Below, in pieces: positions 49,344 through 62,503 of a stretch of DNA of 64,000 nucleotides (the first letter of the stretch is position 1; the number at the start of each line of letters is the position of its first letter). The DNA is from Nemertoderma westbladi (taxonomy: Eukaryota; Animalia; Xenacoelomorpha): positions 1 through 64,000 of the forward strand of contig JAUCBJ010000564.1 in NCBI GenBank assembly GCA_032718475.1, given 5' to 3'. The translations under genes and the position numbers were made by a program. The notes under the pieces are model-generated. The model had not been told where the DNA came from, searched no databases, and saw only the letters and a program-made list of their open reading frames with translations.

Positions 49344-51473
49344 TTGCCAGATTGTTTGATGGAACTCTCGACAGAATGTCTACCGGACGTCTCACCAGAC
49401 TTTCCACCAGACATCTCGACAGATTGTCCACCAGACTTTGGACCAGACTTTAGACCAGACTTTGGACCAGACTTTCTGACAGAAGTTACGCCAGACAGAC
49501 ATTGGGACCGACGACAAGACATTTCGCTGGATGTTCCGCGCTATGTCTCACCAGACGTCTCTCCAGACTGTTCACCAGACGCTTCACCAGACTGTCTACT
49601 AGACACTCCACTAGAAGACCCATTGGAGCGGACTATTAGAAACTTACCGAATTTGACTTCTTTGAACGACAAAGGTGTGGCCACAGCGATCACACTCCGC
49701 TCGAAGAAGGTACTTGACTTACCACCTACAGGTAAACGTGTGACTAAGGTTAGGAAGCTTACAGGCTCACAGGAACACACTGGTACTGTAGAGTTGAAAC
49801 CGTTACTGCCAGTCGACACACTAGGAGCAGACGGTAAAGGTAAGACCATAGAGATTGACATACTTGGGGACTCAGACAAACCTACCGGAAGGCCCGTGGG
49901 CCTACCAAGTCTAGACAAGTATCCACAATACGACTATACCTTACCTGATGACGTCACTAACACTTACGTTGACCGGATAGTTAACCTAACTAGATCATGG
50001 AGTGACGCGTGCCGCAAGTTAGCATGGCTCAAACGTTTGAGACAATATGCCAGAGGCAAACGCGACTTTCCTAGAAGACTTACCTTAAAGGAAGTTGGTC
50101 ATTGTGAAGTTGATATCATTCGCCATTATCAATTGCGATATTTCGCACAAAAGTTCACAGCGATCAACCAAGGTAAACAGATTAAGTCTTCACCGATTTT
50201 GAGTTGGAGTCCGATTATTTACCGGGGCTTACTTTGTCACAAGTCCAGACTCCAAAACATCGACTTTGCACTAGACTTTAGGTATCCTATCATCATACCG
50301 CAACACCATGAATTACAGCGCACTATGATACTGGACGCACATGTACAACTCAAACACGTGGGTAGACACCACTGTCTATCACACTTACGCTCGAGGTTTG
50401 TACTGATTAGACCTAGTAAGGCACTGAGTTCGGTAACACGGAACTGTATGATTTGTAAGAAGGTGCACGCGAGGATAGGACACCAAGAAATGAGTAAACT
50501 ACCACTAGCGAGATTACAGGCATTTAGACCCCCTTTCACTGAGACAGGGATAGACTGCTTTGGACCCATAATCGCGAAACGCGGAAGGGTACAGGTAAAA
50601 CGTTGGGGATTGATCTTCACTTGCATGGCCAGCAGAGCTGTCCATATAGAGCGTGTGACAGATTTGACTACCAATGCCTTTATCCTAGCCTTACGGCGAT
50701 TTATCGCTAGACGTGGATTGGTCAAATCCATTTACTGCGACCAAGGGACAAACTTTGTGGGTGCACGGAACGAAATAACCAGAGCTTTGAGAAAGTTGGA
50801 CCAAAACCAGATTTCCGAGGAACTACGTCCTCACCGTATTGTTTGGTATTTTAATACTCCAGACAGTCCGTGGAGAGGCGGCGTTTGGGAAAGGCTGATT
50901 GGCTCAATTAAAACAGCTATGGCTAAAGTAGTACCGACGCAACACATTTTGACAGACGACCAACTGACGACGTTACTAATAGAAATCGAAGCGATTTTGA
51001 ACACTAGACCGATCGCTTTGATCCCAGACAATAACGACGCACAGTTTGCCTTGACACCAGTGCACCTGCTTATGCAGGCGCCGACGACATTGTTGCCCGT
51101 TTCGGTACCCGTTGATAGCGATGGATACGGCAACAAAGCTTGGAAAATCACTCAATTGCTTGCAAATAAATTCTGGGAAATATGGCAGAAATATTATTTG
51201 CCCTCTATTTCAACCAGAACCTCTTGGTATCTTAATACCCGATGTTTGAGACGCGGTGACCACGTTTTATTGGCTGAAGCCAATCTGAAAAGACGGTTTT
51301 GGCTGACTGGAGTCATTTTGACCACGCACCCTACATCTGGTGTAGTGAGAACAGTTACCGTAAGGACTATCAACGGTCGTACCGTAGACAGATCTGTACA
51401 ACGTCTCGTGCTCCTTGAGGAGACTAGAAATGAGACAGGAGACTACAAATCTCCACCCAATATTAGTAAATAG
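49344..51473 (+). CDS. BEL/Pao integrase ORF (HHCC, DDE core, C-terminal domain) preceded by Pro-Asp repeats
   Basis: AHVQLKHVG...CMICKK; PPFTETGIDCFGP; FTCMASRAVHIE; CDQGTNF; PWRGGVWERLIGSIK; EAILNTRP; FWEIWQKYYL. The N-terminal PDCSPD repeat comes from CCAGAC tandems at ~49170-49610. Confidence 0.92.
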   Translation: MPDCLMELSTECLPDVSPDFPPDISTDCPPDFGPDFRPDFGPDFLTEVTPDRHWDRRQDISLDVPRYVSPDVSPDCSPDASPDCLLDTPLEDPLERTIRNLPNLTSLNDKGVATAITLRSKKVLDLPPTGKRVTKVRKLTGSQEHTGTVELKPLLPVDTLGADGKGKTIEIDILGDSDKPTGRPVGLPSLDKYPQYDYTLPDDVTNTYVDRIVNLTRSWSDACRKLAWLKRLRQYARGKRDFPRRLTLKEVGHCEVDIIRHYQLRYFAQKFTAINQGKQIKSSPILSWSPIIYRGLLCHKSRLQNIDFALDFRYPIIIPQHHELQRTMILDAHVQLKHVGRHHCLSHLRSRFVLIRPSKALSSVTRNCMICKKVHARIGHQEMSKLPLARLQAFRPPFTETGIDCFGPIIAKRGRVQVKRWGLIFTCMASRAVHIERVTDLTTNAFILALRRFIARRGLVKSIYCDQGTNFVGARNEITRALRKLDQNQISEELRPHRIVWYFNTPDSPWRGGVWERLIGSIKTAMAKVVPTQHILTDDQLTTLLIEIEAILNTRPIALIPDNNDAQFALTPVHLLMQAPTTLLPVSVPVDSDGYGNKAWKITQLLANKFWEIWQKYYLPSISTRTSWYLNTRCLRRGDHVLLAEANLKRRFWLTGVILTTHPTSGVVRTVTVRTINGRTVDRSVQRLVLLEETRNETGDYKSPPNISK

Positions 51474-53281
51474 AGATGTGGGACCTTTGTTGGCCGCCAC
51501 ATAGACTTACCGTATTTTAGTAATTTAGTATTTGTATTAATGTATGTGCATTTGTAATCCTCTTCACTGTAGATAGAGACAGCGGTGGAATTCCATTGTC
51601 TTTATATGTGAACATGGAGGGTAGTACCCTTATGTATCACGTAGGAGCGGGATTGTGTGTACAGTAGGAATGGAATTCCACTTGGAACCCACAAGTGAGA
51701 CAATTTTTCAAAAATTATTAGACAAATCCATTTAGTTGGATTTAAATTTAAGAAAAATGATTCTCCAGTGAATGCGAATTCTAGAATACAACTAGATAAA
51801 AAATTAAAATTGGGGAGGACAAGAGCGGATGGAAGGCTTGCGAGCCTACCGATAAATTTTTTTGGAAAAGAACACCGGCCTTGTTCTACGTAGTCGTGTC
51901 TACTATTATTTAGACCGAATTAATTCTCGACTGCATTATTTCTTTGGGATAGTAGTTTGGGAAATTAAAAGGTGAGTATTTTAGACTCGCGGCTAGTTTA
52001 CCCGGAATTCGTTTTATCGGCACATTTTTTGGATTAGGAGCCAGTGCGAAATCACGCGAACCCGAAGTCATTAGGCAAATGGGTAGGGGTTTTAGAGCAA
52101 AGTTGAGCTAAAAGCCGACAAAACTCTAAGTCTCCTCACATCTAACCTCTGTTTGTGCTTCCTCTAGTAGAAACACTACATATACAGGGATTCACGCAGG
52201 AACAGGAGCACCAGGCACCGTTTAATCATTATGGAGCCAAAACTTTAACGCGTTTGAAGTGGAGAGTATGGCTAGGAGTACAGCCAAGCTCGCTAAGTCC
52301 AAGGCGGATCCAAACATCACGCGACAGCGATTGGACACTTATAACAAAAGAGCGGAGGAGTTACGCGCGGAGTTCAAAGCGTTGTACCCCTACGATGCGT
52401 TATGCGACGCCAGCGACGTTTGCGAGAACCCCGAGCTGATATTAGCGCGTTGCCCAAACCACCAAAGTCTGCGTTACCAAGAAGGCGGTCGTTTCATTTC
52501 CCGGTATTCTAGAACCGCAGGCAACTCGACGTAGGAACCACCGACAGCTCGACACCGAAGTCCGAGCGCCAGTTCGATCCCGACCACCACCCAATCGTAT
52601 TAGAGGACGTGGACGAGCCGTTCGACCAAGGATTAGGAGAGCGAGATGAAGGAAGGAAGGCTTGCGAGCCTACCGATTGGATATTATATTTGGATATTAT
52701 ATTTGGGTATTTATATTTGAATATTATATTTGGTATTGTATTGGACGTTACGTTTGGATGTTGGTTTTGGAGGAGCGAGATAGAGAAGGAAGGCTTGTGA
52801 GCCTACCGTTAGCAATTAGTGCTCAGGAAAAGACATCCAGACCAGCAGGACGAACTATTCAGATCGTCAGGAGGACATTTTAAGACTTATTTGAAAGATT
52901 TTAACGCCTTATGTTTATTTTATATTTAGACTGATTTAATTTGGTGGAAGTTTATTATGTATATTTACAATATAAAGATTTATTGAAAGATTGAAATTAT
53001 TTGTTTGATTCGTTTGATTTATTTTGTTCTAATTTGTTTAATTTGTTTATCCCGATAACCAAAAGCCTTTTTTTTATTTTATGCTCTAAAGTTGATTGGT
53101 AAATTTGTATTTTATATGTATGATGGATTGTATTTACGCTGTACCTGCAATATTAAGTATGCAATAATTAGATAGTGATCGTTTTATATTTTAGGCCCCA
53201 CCAGTAGATTTAGAAGTATTTGTAAATAGTTTTGTATTTCGATTGGTGAAAACAGTCTTACTTACTGTTTTCATGGAGCGG

Positions 53282-55472
53282 TGATGAATTATTTCACTAT
53301 AGAATAGCATTTGTAGTATAACGTAAAAACTTTCGAAAATCCGGCGCATTTTGATTAAGTTACAGTAATGTAATATGCCTATTCATATTTGTATACATAA
53401 AACCCCTAATTACTCTCGTGGTGTAGTGGTCAGATGGTTAAGGCGTTGGTTGCATTACGTAGGTTACGAGTTCGAATCTTGGTCGGGAAATTTGTATTTT
53501 GGGGCAATTTATTTTCATTTGGTACAAATTGGTAAGCCAATGAGGTGCGTACAACGTATCGAACGATGAGTTAGGCCAATCATAGGGCATGGAATATCTT
53601 ATTGCTCCAATGTGAGGCCATGGAATACTCCAGAAGGTTCTAGTGAATTCTGTCCCAGATTTAGTATATAAAGGGCTGGTTTGCCTTCGGTTATCACTTG
53701 TAAAACACAATTGTATTTATCAGTTATCACTTCTTGTTGTCATTTCTTAACTAGTTTCTTGTTGAAACTGTGTTAAATCTGTTTGATTATTCTTTCGCTA
53801 AACTGTAAATACACTGTAAACTTCTGAACATGTTTTTCTTTGGTCCAACTTTGGGACAGCCAAACACCGGGAAGATGGCCGCCTAGACCGTTAGGCCGTC
53901 AGCAACGCAGGGAAAGGATGTCCACAACACGCTAGCGCCCACATTAACTTAGACCGCGCACCCCCTTCGCCCTTCGAAATACTCCACATGCCATGCAGCG
54001 CCCGCTTTATGAGGAAGGTAAGACTTTGTTTGACGCCCTTGCCCGCCGTAAGACCTATAGATCAGGGTAAGCGTGACGCCGTCCTGGGACGCCGCAAAAT
54101 TTAGGATCAAATAACTATATTTAGGCAGAACCCCTTTGTCAGTCCTGCAAACCCCTGGGTTACCTGTATACCTCACAGGTATTGCGAGCTATTGCCGTTC
54201 GTCAGTACGCAAGTACATATTAGGTACGGACAGCATACGTTCCATAATTTAGTGATTTGTAGTACTGACTGTTTGGTACCGGTTCGCTCTGTAGAGCATA
54301 CATTAGTACCCCCCCCCCCCCCCTGCCTGAAGTTGGTTATTTGATCAGGCAAGGAGTATTTCTGCTACTGGCACACCGCTTGGCCTAGGGAGGTTTTATT
54401 AATATCCTACCGCGCCTTGCCACGTACTGATAGGTATTGCTGCTAACTACCGCGGCAACAAAGTTCTAGAATCAAATTTGTATACCAGATCAGCTAACGT
54501 ACGGTAGCAATTAATCCCTATTTCTTATCTTACAACCAGAATCTGGTATTTGTGCCGATCACGGGTGTAGTTACTAACACCGTGGTTGCCCAGTTGAGTT
54601 GTGGATAGGAAGGAGAGAGCTTTGACATCATTTGTAAGTATAAAGTTCTACAAAACGCGACTAGCTTATTTTAGTAGCTAGCGCACGGTATTATTTCGGT
54701 CAGAAAATCACTAAAACCTAGTGAAAAGGTATACACCAAAATTGTTTTATTGTAACACACCCACACACACACGCCCTAAAACATATTTACCCTTAGAGTT
54801 CCTACTAGTTATAGCGTACTTTAGATCATTTTAGGCAAGTATATTTATCGTACTTTCGGTATTTGTAAAATTAGGATCAGATATTTAGTTACGGCATGAG
54901 AAGGAGTATTTCATTTTCGTTATTAAACTGTTGTTTTCTGCTCAGCAGTATTGTTACATTAGGCACGACCCCCTTTAGACTGATTAAGGACTGAGATCAG
55001 TATTGTAACGCTAGGTCTGTAACCCACTTAGCTCGTATATAAACCATATAAATCACACCGCGGCAAGTTACTGTATTTAGGACTGTCAGTGATAGTTAGG
55101 ATTCGCTGCGCGGGGATTGTTTTCCCGTGAGTTTGGTCTGTTACTGTAACTGTACATCTGCCATACCGGTTAGAGGACAGGTATCCTTTTGTCTAGTTCG
55201 TAGGCATTAGACCCGCCCACGTACATAGAATAGACACCAGGCTCTGCTCCTCGCCAGTAGTAGTTTGTCTGTTTGTTTAGATATCCTGGACTGGGATTTG
55301 TTGTCAGATACTGTACGAGCCCGTTTCATTACTAGAGTCTTACAGTAAGATACATCGTTACTAGGATCTGGTAAGCGGTATACTACTGGACTTTACGGAT
55401 AGAGATATTCTATAGCTTCGTATTAGTAGATTTGTAGGCTGTAGGGTAGTCCCTACCGTAGAGGGCACATCA
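53282..55472 (+). repeat. Intact 3' LTR of element 1 (2191 bp)
   Basis: TGATGAATTATTTCAC...GAGGGCACATCA, followed by the TSD ACGAG and satellite. Confidence 0.95.
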
Positions 55473-58400
55473 ACGAGTTGTACAGACAACGAGTTGTACA
55501 GACACGAGTTGTACAGACACGAATTGTAAGGAAACAAGTTGTACAGGCACAAGTTGTACAGACACGACTAGTGCAGACACGAGTTTTACAGATACGAGAA
55601 CAAACACGAGTTGTACAGACACGAGTTGTACAGACACGAGTTGTACAGATACGAGTTGTACAGACACGAATTGTACAGATACAAGTTGTACAGACACGAG
55701 TTGTACAGATACGAGTTGTACAGACATGAGTTGTGCAGAGACGAGTTGTACAGACACGAATTGTACAAACACAAGTTGTACAGGCACAAGTTGTACAGAC
55801 ACGAGTAGTGCAGACACTAGTTGTACAGACACGAGTATTGCAGACACTAGTTGTAGAGACACGAGTTGTACAGACACGAGTTGTTCAGACACGCGTTGCA
55901 CAGACACGAGTTATACAGACACGAGTTGTACAGACACGAGAAGTGCAGACACGAGTTGTACAGATACGAGAACAAACACGAGTTGTACAGACACGAGTTG
56001 TACAGACACGAGTTGTACAGATACGAGTTGTACAGACAACGAGTTGTACAGACAACGAGTTATACAAACACGAGTTGTACAGACACGAATTGTACAACAC
56101 GAGTTGTACAGACACGAATTGTACAGACACAAGTTGTACAGACACGAGTTGTACAAATACGAGTTGTACAGACACGAGTTGTGCAGACACGAGTTGTACA
56201 GACACGAATTGTACAGACACAAGTTGTACAGGCACAAGTTGTACAGACACGAGTAGTGCAGACACTAGTTGTACAGACACGAGTATTGCAGACACTAGTT
56301 GTAGAGACACGAGTTGTACAGACACGAGTTGTTCAGACACGCGTTGTATAGACACGCGTTGTATAGACACGAGTTATACAGACACGAGTTGTACAGACAC
56401 GAGTTGTACAGACACGAGTTGTATAGACACGAGTTGTACAGACACGAGTAGTGCTGACAATAGTTGTAAAGACACGAGTTGTACAAACACGAGTAGTGCA
56501 GACAATAGTTGTACAGACATGAGTAGTGCTGACAATAGTTGTAAAGACACGAGTTGTACAGACACGAGTTGTACAGACACGAGTTGTACAGACACGAGTT
56601 GTACAGACACGAGTAGTGCAGATAAAAGTTGTAAAGACACGAGTTGTACAGACACGAGTTGTGCAGACACGAGTTGTATAGACAAGAGTTGTAGAGACAC
56701 GAGTTGAAAAGAAACGAGTAGTGCTGACAATAGTTGTAAAGACACGAGTTGTACAGACACGAGTAGTGCAGACAATAGTTGTACAGACACGAGTTGTACA
56801 GACACGAGTAGTGCAGATAAAAGTTGTAAAGACACGAGTTGTACAGACACGAGTTGTGCAGACACGAGTGTACAGAAACGACTAGTGCAGACACAAGTTG
56901 TAGAGACACGAGTTGTATAGGCACGAGTTGTACAGACACGAGTTGTCCGGACACAAGTTGTACAGACACAAGTTGTACAAACACGAGTTGTACAGACACG
57001 AGTTGTACAGACACGAGTTGAGCAGACACGAGTTGTACAGCAACGAGTTGTACAGACACGAGTTGTAGAGACACGAGTTGTACAGACACGAGTTGTACAG
57101 ACACGAGTTGTACAGACACGAGTTGTACAGACACGAATTGTACAGACACAAGTTGTACAGGCACAAGTTGTACAGACACGAGTTGTACAGACACGAGTTG
57201 TACAGATACGAAAACAAACACGAGTTGTACAGACACGAGTTGTACAGACACGAGTGGTACAGATACGAGAACAAACACGAGTTGTACAGACACGAGTTGT
57301 ACAGATACGAGAACAAACACGAGTTGTACAGATACGAGAACAAACACGAGTTGTACAGACACGAGTTGTCCGGACACAAGTTGTACAGACACAAGTTGTA
57401 CAGATACGAGTACAAACACGAGTTGAACAGACACGAGTTGTACAGACACGAGTTGTACAGATACGAGTTGTACAGACAACGAGTTGTACAGACACGAGTT
57501 GTACAGACACGAATTGTACAAACACGAGTTGTACAGACACGAGTTGTACAGACACGAGTTGTACAGACACGAGTTGTACAGATACGAGTACAAACACGAG
57601 TTGTACAGACACAAGTTGTACAGACACGAGTTGTACAGATACGAGTTGTACAAACACGAGTTGTACAGACACAAGTTGTAGAGACACCAGTTGTACAGAC
57701 ACGAGTTGTACAGACACGAGTTGTACAGACACGAGTTGTACAAACACGAGTTGTACAGATACGAGAACAAACACGAGTTGTACAGACACGAGTTGTACAG
57801 ATACGAGAACAAACACGAGTTGTACAGACACGAGTTGTACAGATACGAGAACAAACACGAGTTGTACAGACACGAGTTGTACAGATACGAGAACAAACAC
57901 GAGTTGTACAGACACGAGTGGTCCGGACACAAGTTGTACAGACACAAGTTGTACAGATACGAGTACAAACACGCGTTGAACAGACACGAGTTGTACAGAC
58001 ACGAGTTGTATAGATACGAGTTGTACAGACATGAGTTGTGCAGACACGAGTTGTACAGACACGAATTGTACAGACACAAGATGTACAGGCACAAGTTGTA
58101 CAGACACGAGTAGTGCAGACACGAGTTGTACAGATACGAGTTGTACAGACAACGAGTTGTACAGACACGAGTTGTACAGACACGAATTGTACAGACACAA
58201 GTTGTACAGGCACAAGTTGTACAGACACGAGTTGTACAGACACGAGTTGTACAGATACGAGAACAAACACGAGTTGTACAGACACGAGTTGTACAGACAC
58301 GAGTTGTACAGATACGAGAACAAACACGAGTTGTACAGACACGAGTTGTCCGGACACAAGTTGTACAGACACAAGTTGTACAGACACGAGTTGTACAGAT

Positions 58401-61400
58401 ACGAGAACAAACACGAGTTGTACAGACACAAGTTGTACAGATACGAGTACAAACACGAGTTGAACAGACACGAGTTGTACAGACACGAGTTGTACAGATA
58501 CGAGTTGTACAGACAACGAGTTGTACAGACACGAATTGTACAGACACAAGTTGTACAGAGACGAGTTGTACAGATACGAGTTGTACAGACACGAGTAGTG
58601 CAGACACTAGTTGTAGAGACATGAGTTGTACAGACACGAGTTGAGCAGACACGAGTTGTACAGACACGAGTTGTTCAGACACGCGTTGCACAGACACGAG
58701 TTATACAGACACGAGTTGTACAGACACGAGTAGTGCAGACACGAGTTGTACAGATACGAGAACAAACACGAGTTGTACAGAAAACGAGTTGTACAGACAC
58801 AAGTTGTACGGGCACACTAGTTGTACAGACGCGAGTTGTACAGACAAGAGTTTTACAGACGAGTTGTGCAGACACGAGTTGTACAAACACGAGTTGTACA
58901 GACACGAGTTGTACAAACACGAGTTGTACAGACACGAATTTTACAGAAACAAGTTATACAGACACGAGTTGTACAGACGAGTTGTGCAGACACGAGTTGT
59001 AGAGACACGAGTTGCACAGACACGAGTTGTACAGACACGAGTAGTGCAGACAATAGTTGTAGAGACACGAGTTGTAGAGACACGAGTTGCACAGACACGA
59101 GTAGTGCAGACAATAGTTGTACAGACACGAGTTGTACAGACACGAGTAGTGCAGACAATAGTTGTAAAGACACGAGTTGTACAGACACGAGTTGAGCAGA
59201 CACGAGTTGTACAGACACGAGTTGTACAAACACGAGTTGTAGAAACACGAGTTGTACAGACTAGTTGTACAAACACGAGTTGTACAGACGAGTTGTGCAG
59301 ACACGAGTTGTGCAGACACGAGTTGTACAGACACGAGTTGTACAGACACGAGTTGTAGAGACACGAGTTGTACAGACACGAGTTGTACAGACACGAGTTG
59401 TACAAACACGAGTTGTACAAACACGAGTTGAAAAGACACGAGTTGTACAGACACGAGTTGAGCAGACACGAGTTGTACAGCAACGAGTTGTACAGACACG
59501 AGTTGTAGAGACACGAGTTGTACAGACACGAGTTGTACAGACACGAGTTGTACAGACACGAGTTGTACAGACACAAATTGTACAGACACAAGTTGTACAG
59601 GCACAAGTTGTACAGACACGAGTTGTACAGACACGAGTTGTACAGATACGAAAACAAACACGAGTTGTACAGACACGAGTTGTACAGATATGAGTTGTAC
59701 AAACACGAGTTGTACAGACACAAGTTGTAGAGACACCAGTTGTACAGACACGAGTTGTACAGACACGAGTTGTACAGACACGAGTTGTACAGATACGAGA
59801 ACAAACACGAGTTGTACAGACACGAGTTGTACAGATACGAGAACAAACACGAGTTGTACAGACACGAGTTGTACAGATACGAGAACAAACACGAATTGTA
59901 CAGACACGAGTTGTACAGATACGAGAACAAACACGAGTTGTACAGACACGAGTGGTCTGGACACAAGTTGTACAGACACAAGTTGTACAGATACGAGTAC
60001 AAACACGAGTTGAACAGACACGAGTTGTACAGACACGAGTTGTATAGATACGAGTTGTACAGACATGAGTTGTGCAGACACGAGTTGTACAGACACGAAT
60101 TGTACAGACACAAGATGTACAGGCACAAGTTGTACAGACACGAGTAGTGCAGACACGAGTTGTACAGATACGAGTTGTACAGACAACGAGTTGTACAGAC
60201 ACGAGTTGTACAGACACGAATTGTACAGACACAAGTTGTACAGGCACAAGTTGTACAGACACGAGTTGTACAGACACGAGTTGTACAGATACGAGAACAA
60301 ACACGAGTTGTACAGACACGAGTTGTACAGACACCAGTTGTACAGATACGAGAACAAACACGAGTTGTACAGACACGAGTTGTCCGGACACAAGTTGTAC
60401 AGACACAAGTTGTACAGACACGAGTTGTACAGATACGAGAACAAACACGAGTTGTACAGACACGAGTTGTCCGGACACAAGTTGTACAGACACAAGTTGT
60501 ACAGATACGAGTACAAACACGAGTTGAACAGACACGAGTTGTACAGACACGAGTTGTACAGATACGAGTTGTACAGACAACGAGTTGTACAGACACGAAT
60601 TGTACAGACACAAGTTGTACAGAGACGAGTTGTACAGATACGAGTTGTACAGACACGAGTAGTGCAGACACTAGTTGTAGAGACATGAGTTGTACAGACA
60701 CGAGTTGAGCAGACACGAGTTGTACAGACACGAGTTGTTCAGACACGCGTTGCACAGACACGAGTTATACAGACACGAGTTGTATAGACACGAGTAGTGC
60801 AGACACGAGTTGTACAGATACGAGAACAAACACGAGTTGTACAGAAAACGAGTTGTACAGACACAAGTTGTACAGGCACAAGTTGTACAGACACGAGTAG
60901 TGCAGACACTAGTTGTACAGACACGAGTATTGCAGACACTAGTTGTAGAGACACGAGTTGTACAGACACGAGTAGTGCAGACACTAGTTGTACAGACACG
61001 AGTATTGCAGACACTAGTTGTAGAGACACGAGTTGTACAGACACGAGTTGTTCAGACACGCGTTGCACAGATACGAGTTATACAGACACGAGTTGTACAG
61101 ACACGAGTAGTGCAGACACGAGTTGTACAGATACGAGAACAAACACGAGTTGTACAGACACGAGTTGTACAGATACGAGTTGTACAGACAACGAGTTGTA
61201 CAGACACGAGTTGTACAGACACGAGTTGTACAGACACGAATTGTACAGACACAAGTTGTACAGGCACAAGTTGTACAGACACGAGTAGTGCAGACACGAG
61301 TTGTACAGATACGAGTTATACAAACACGAGTTGTACAGACACGAATTGTACAAACACGAGTTGTACAGACACGAATTGTACAGACACAAGTTGTACAGAC

Positions 61401-62503
61401 ACGAGTTGTACAGATACGTGTTGTACAGACACGAGTTGTGCAGACACGAGTTGTACAGACACGAATTGTACAGACACAAGTTGTACAGGCACAAGTTGTA
61501 CAGACACGAGTAGTGCAGACACTAGTTGTACAGACACGAGTATTGCAGACACTAGTTGTAGAGACACGAGTTGTACAGACACGAGTTGTTCAGACACGCG
61601 TTGTACAGACACGAGTTATACAGACACGAGTTGTACAGACACGAGTTGTACAGACACGAGTTGTAGAGACAAGAGTTGTACAGACACGAGTAGTGCTGAC
61701 AATAGTTGTAAAGACACGAGTTGTACAAACACGAGTAGTGCAGACAATAGTTGTACAGACACGAGTTGTACAGACACGAGTAGTGCAGACAATAGTTGTA
61801 AAGACACGAGTTGTACAGACACGAGTTGTACAGACACGAGTTGAGCAGACACGAGTTGTACAGACACGAGTTGTACAGACACGAGTTGTACAGACACGAG
61901 TTATACAAACACGAGTTGTACAGACACGAATTGTACAAACACGAGTTGTACAGACACGAATTGTACAGACACAAGTTGTACAGACACGAATTGTACAGAC
62001 ACGCGTTGAACAGACACGAGTTATACTGACACGAGTTGTACAGACGAGAGTTGTAGAGACAAGAGTTGTACAGATACGAGTAGTGCTGACAATAGTTGTA
62101 AAGACACGAGTTGTACAGACACGAGTAGTGCAGACAATAGTTGTACAGACACGAGTTGTACAGACACGAGTAGTGCAGATAAAAGTTGTAAAGACACGAG
62201 TTGTACAGACACGAGTTGTGCAGACACGAGTTGTACAGAAACGAGTAGTGCAGACACGAGTTGTAGAGACACGAGTTGTACAGAGACGAGTTGTACAGAC
62301 ACGAGTTGTGCAGACACGAGTTGTACAGTCACGATTTGTACAAACACGAGTAGTGCAGACATGAGTTGTACAGACACGAGTTATACAAACACGAGTTGTA
62401 CAGACACAAGTTATACAGACACGAGTTGTAGAGACACGAGTTGTACAGACACGAGGAGTGCTTACAATAGTTGTAAAGACACGAGTTGTACAGACACGAG
62501 TTG
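55473..62503. repeat. 15-bp satellite, right array, about 470 units with higher-order blocks
   Basis: Same monomer and orientation as 23330-27808. A variant pattern around 57000-58800 recurs around 59450-60860. Confidence 0.98.

Larger units (their letters stand above)
27809..55472 (+). mobile_element. BEL/Pao LTR retrotransposon (element 1) with ~2.19-kb LTRs, carrying nested insertions
   Basis: LTRs run TGATG...CATCA: 5' LTR 27809-39053 (interrupted), 3' LTR 53282-55472. 5-bp TSD ACGAG at 27804-27808 and 55473-55477. Short purine tract ATGGAGCGG before the 3' LTR. BEL-type integrase ORF inside. Confidence 0.92.

Noticed and set aside
23330-62503. CRISPR array
   Set aside because: Head-to-tail monomers with no unique spacers, no cas genes, and a eukaryotic context with spliceosomal introns.
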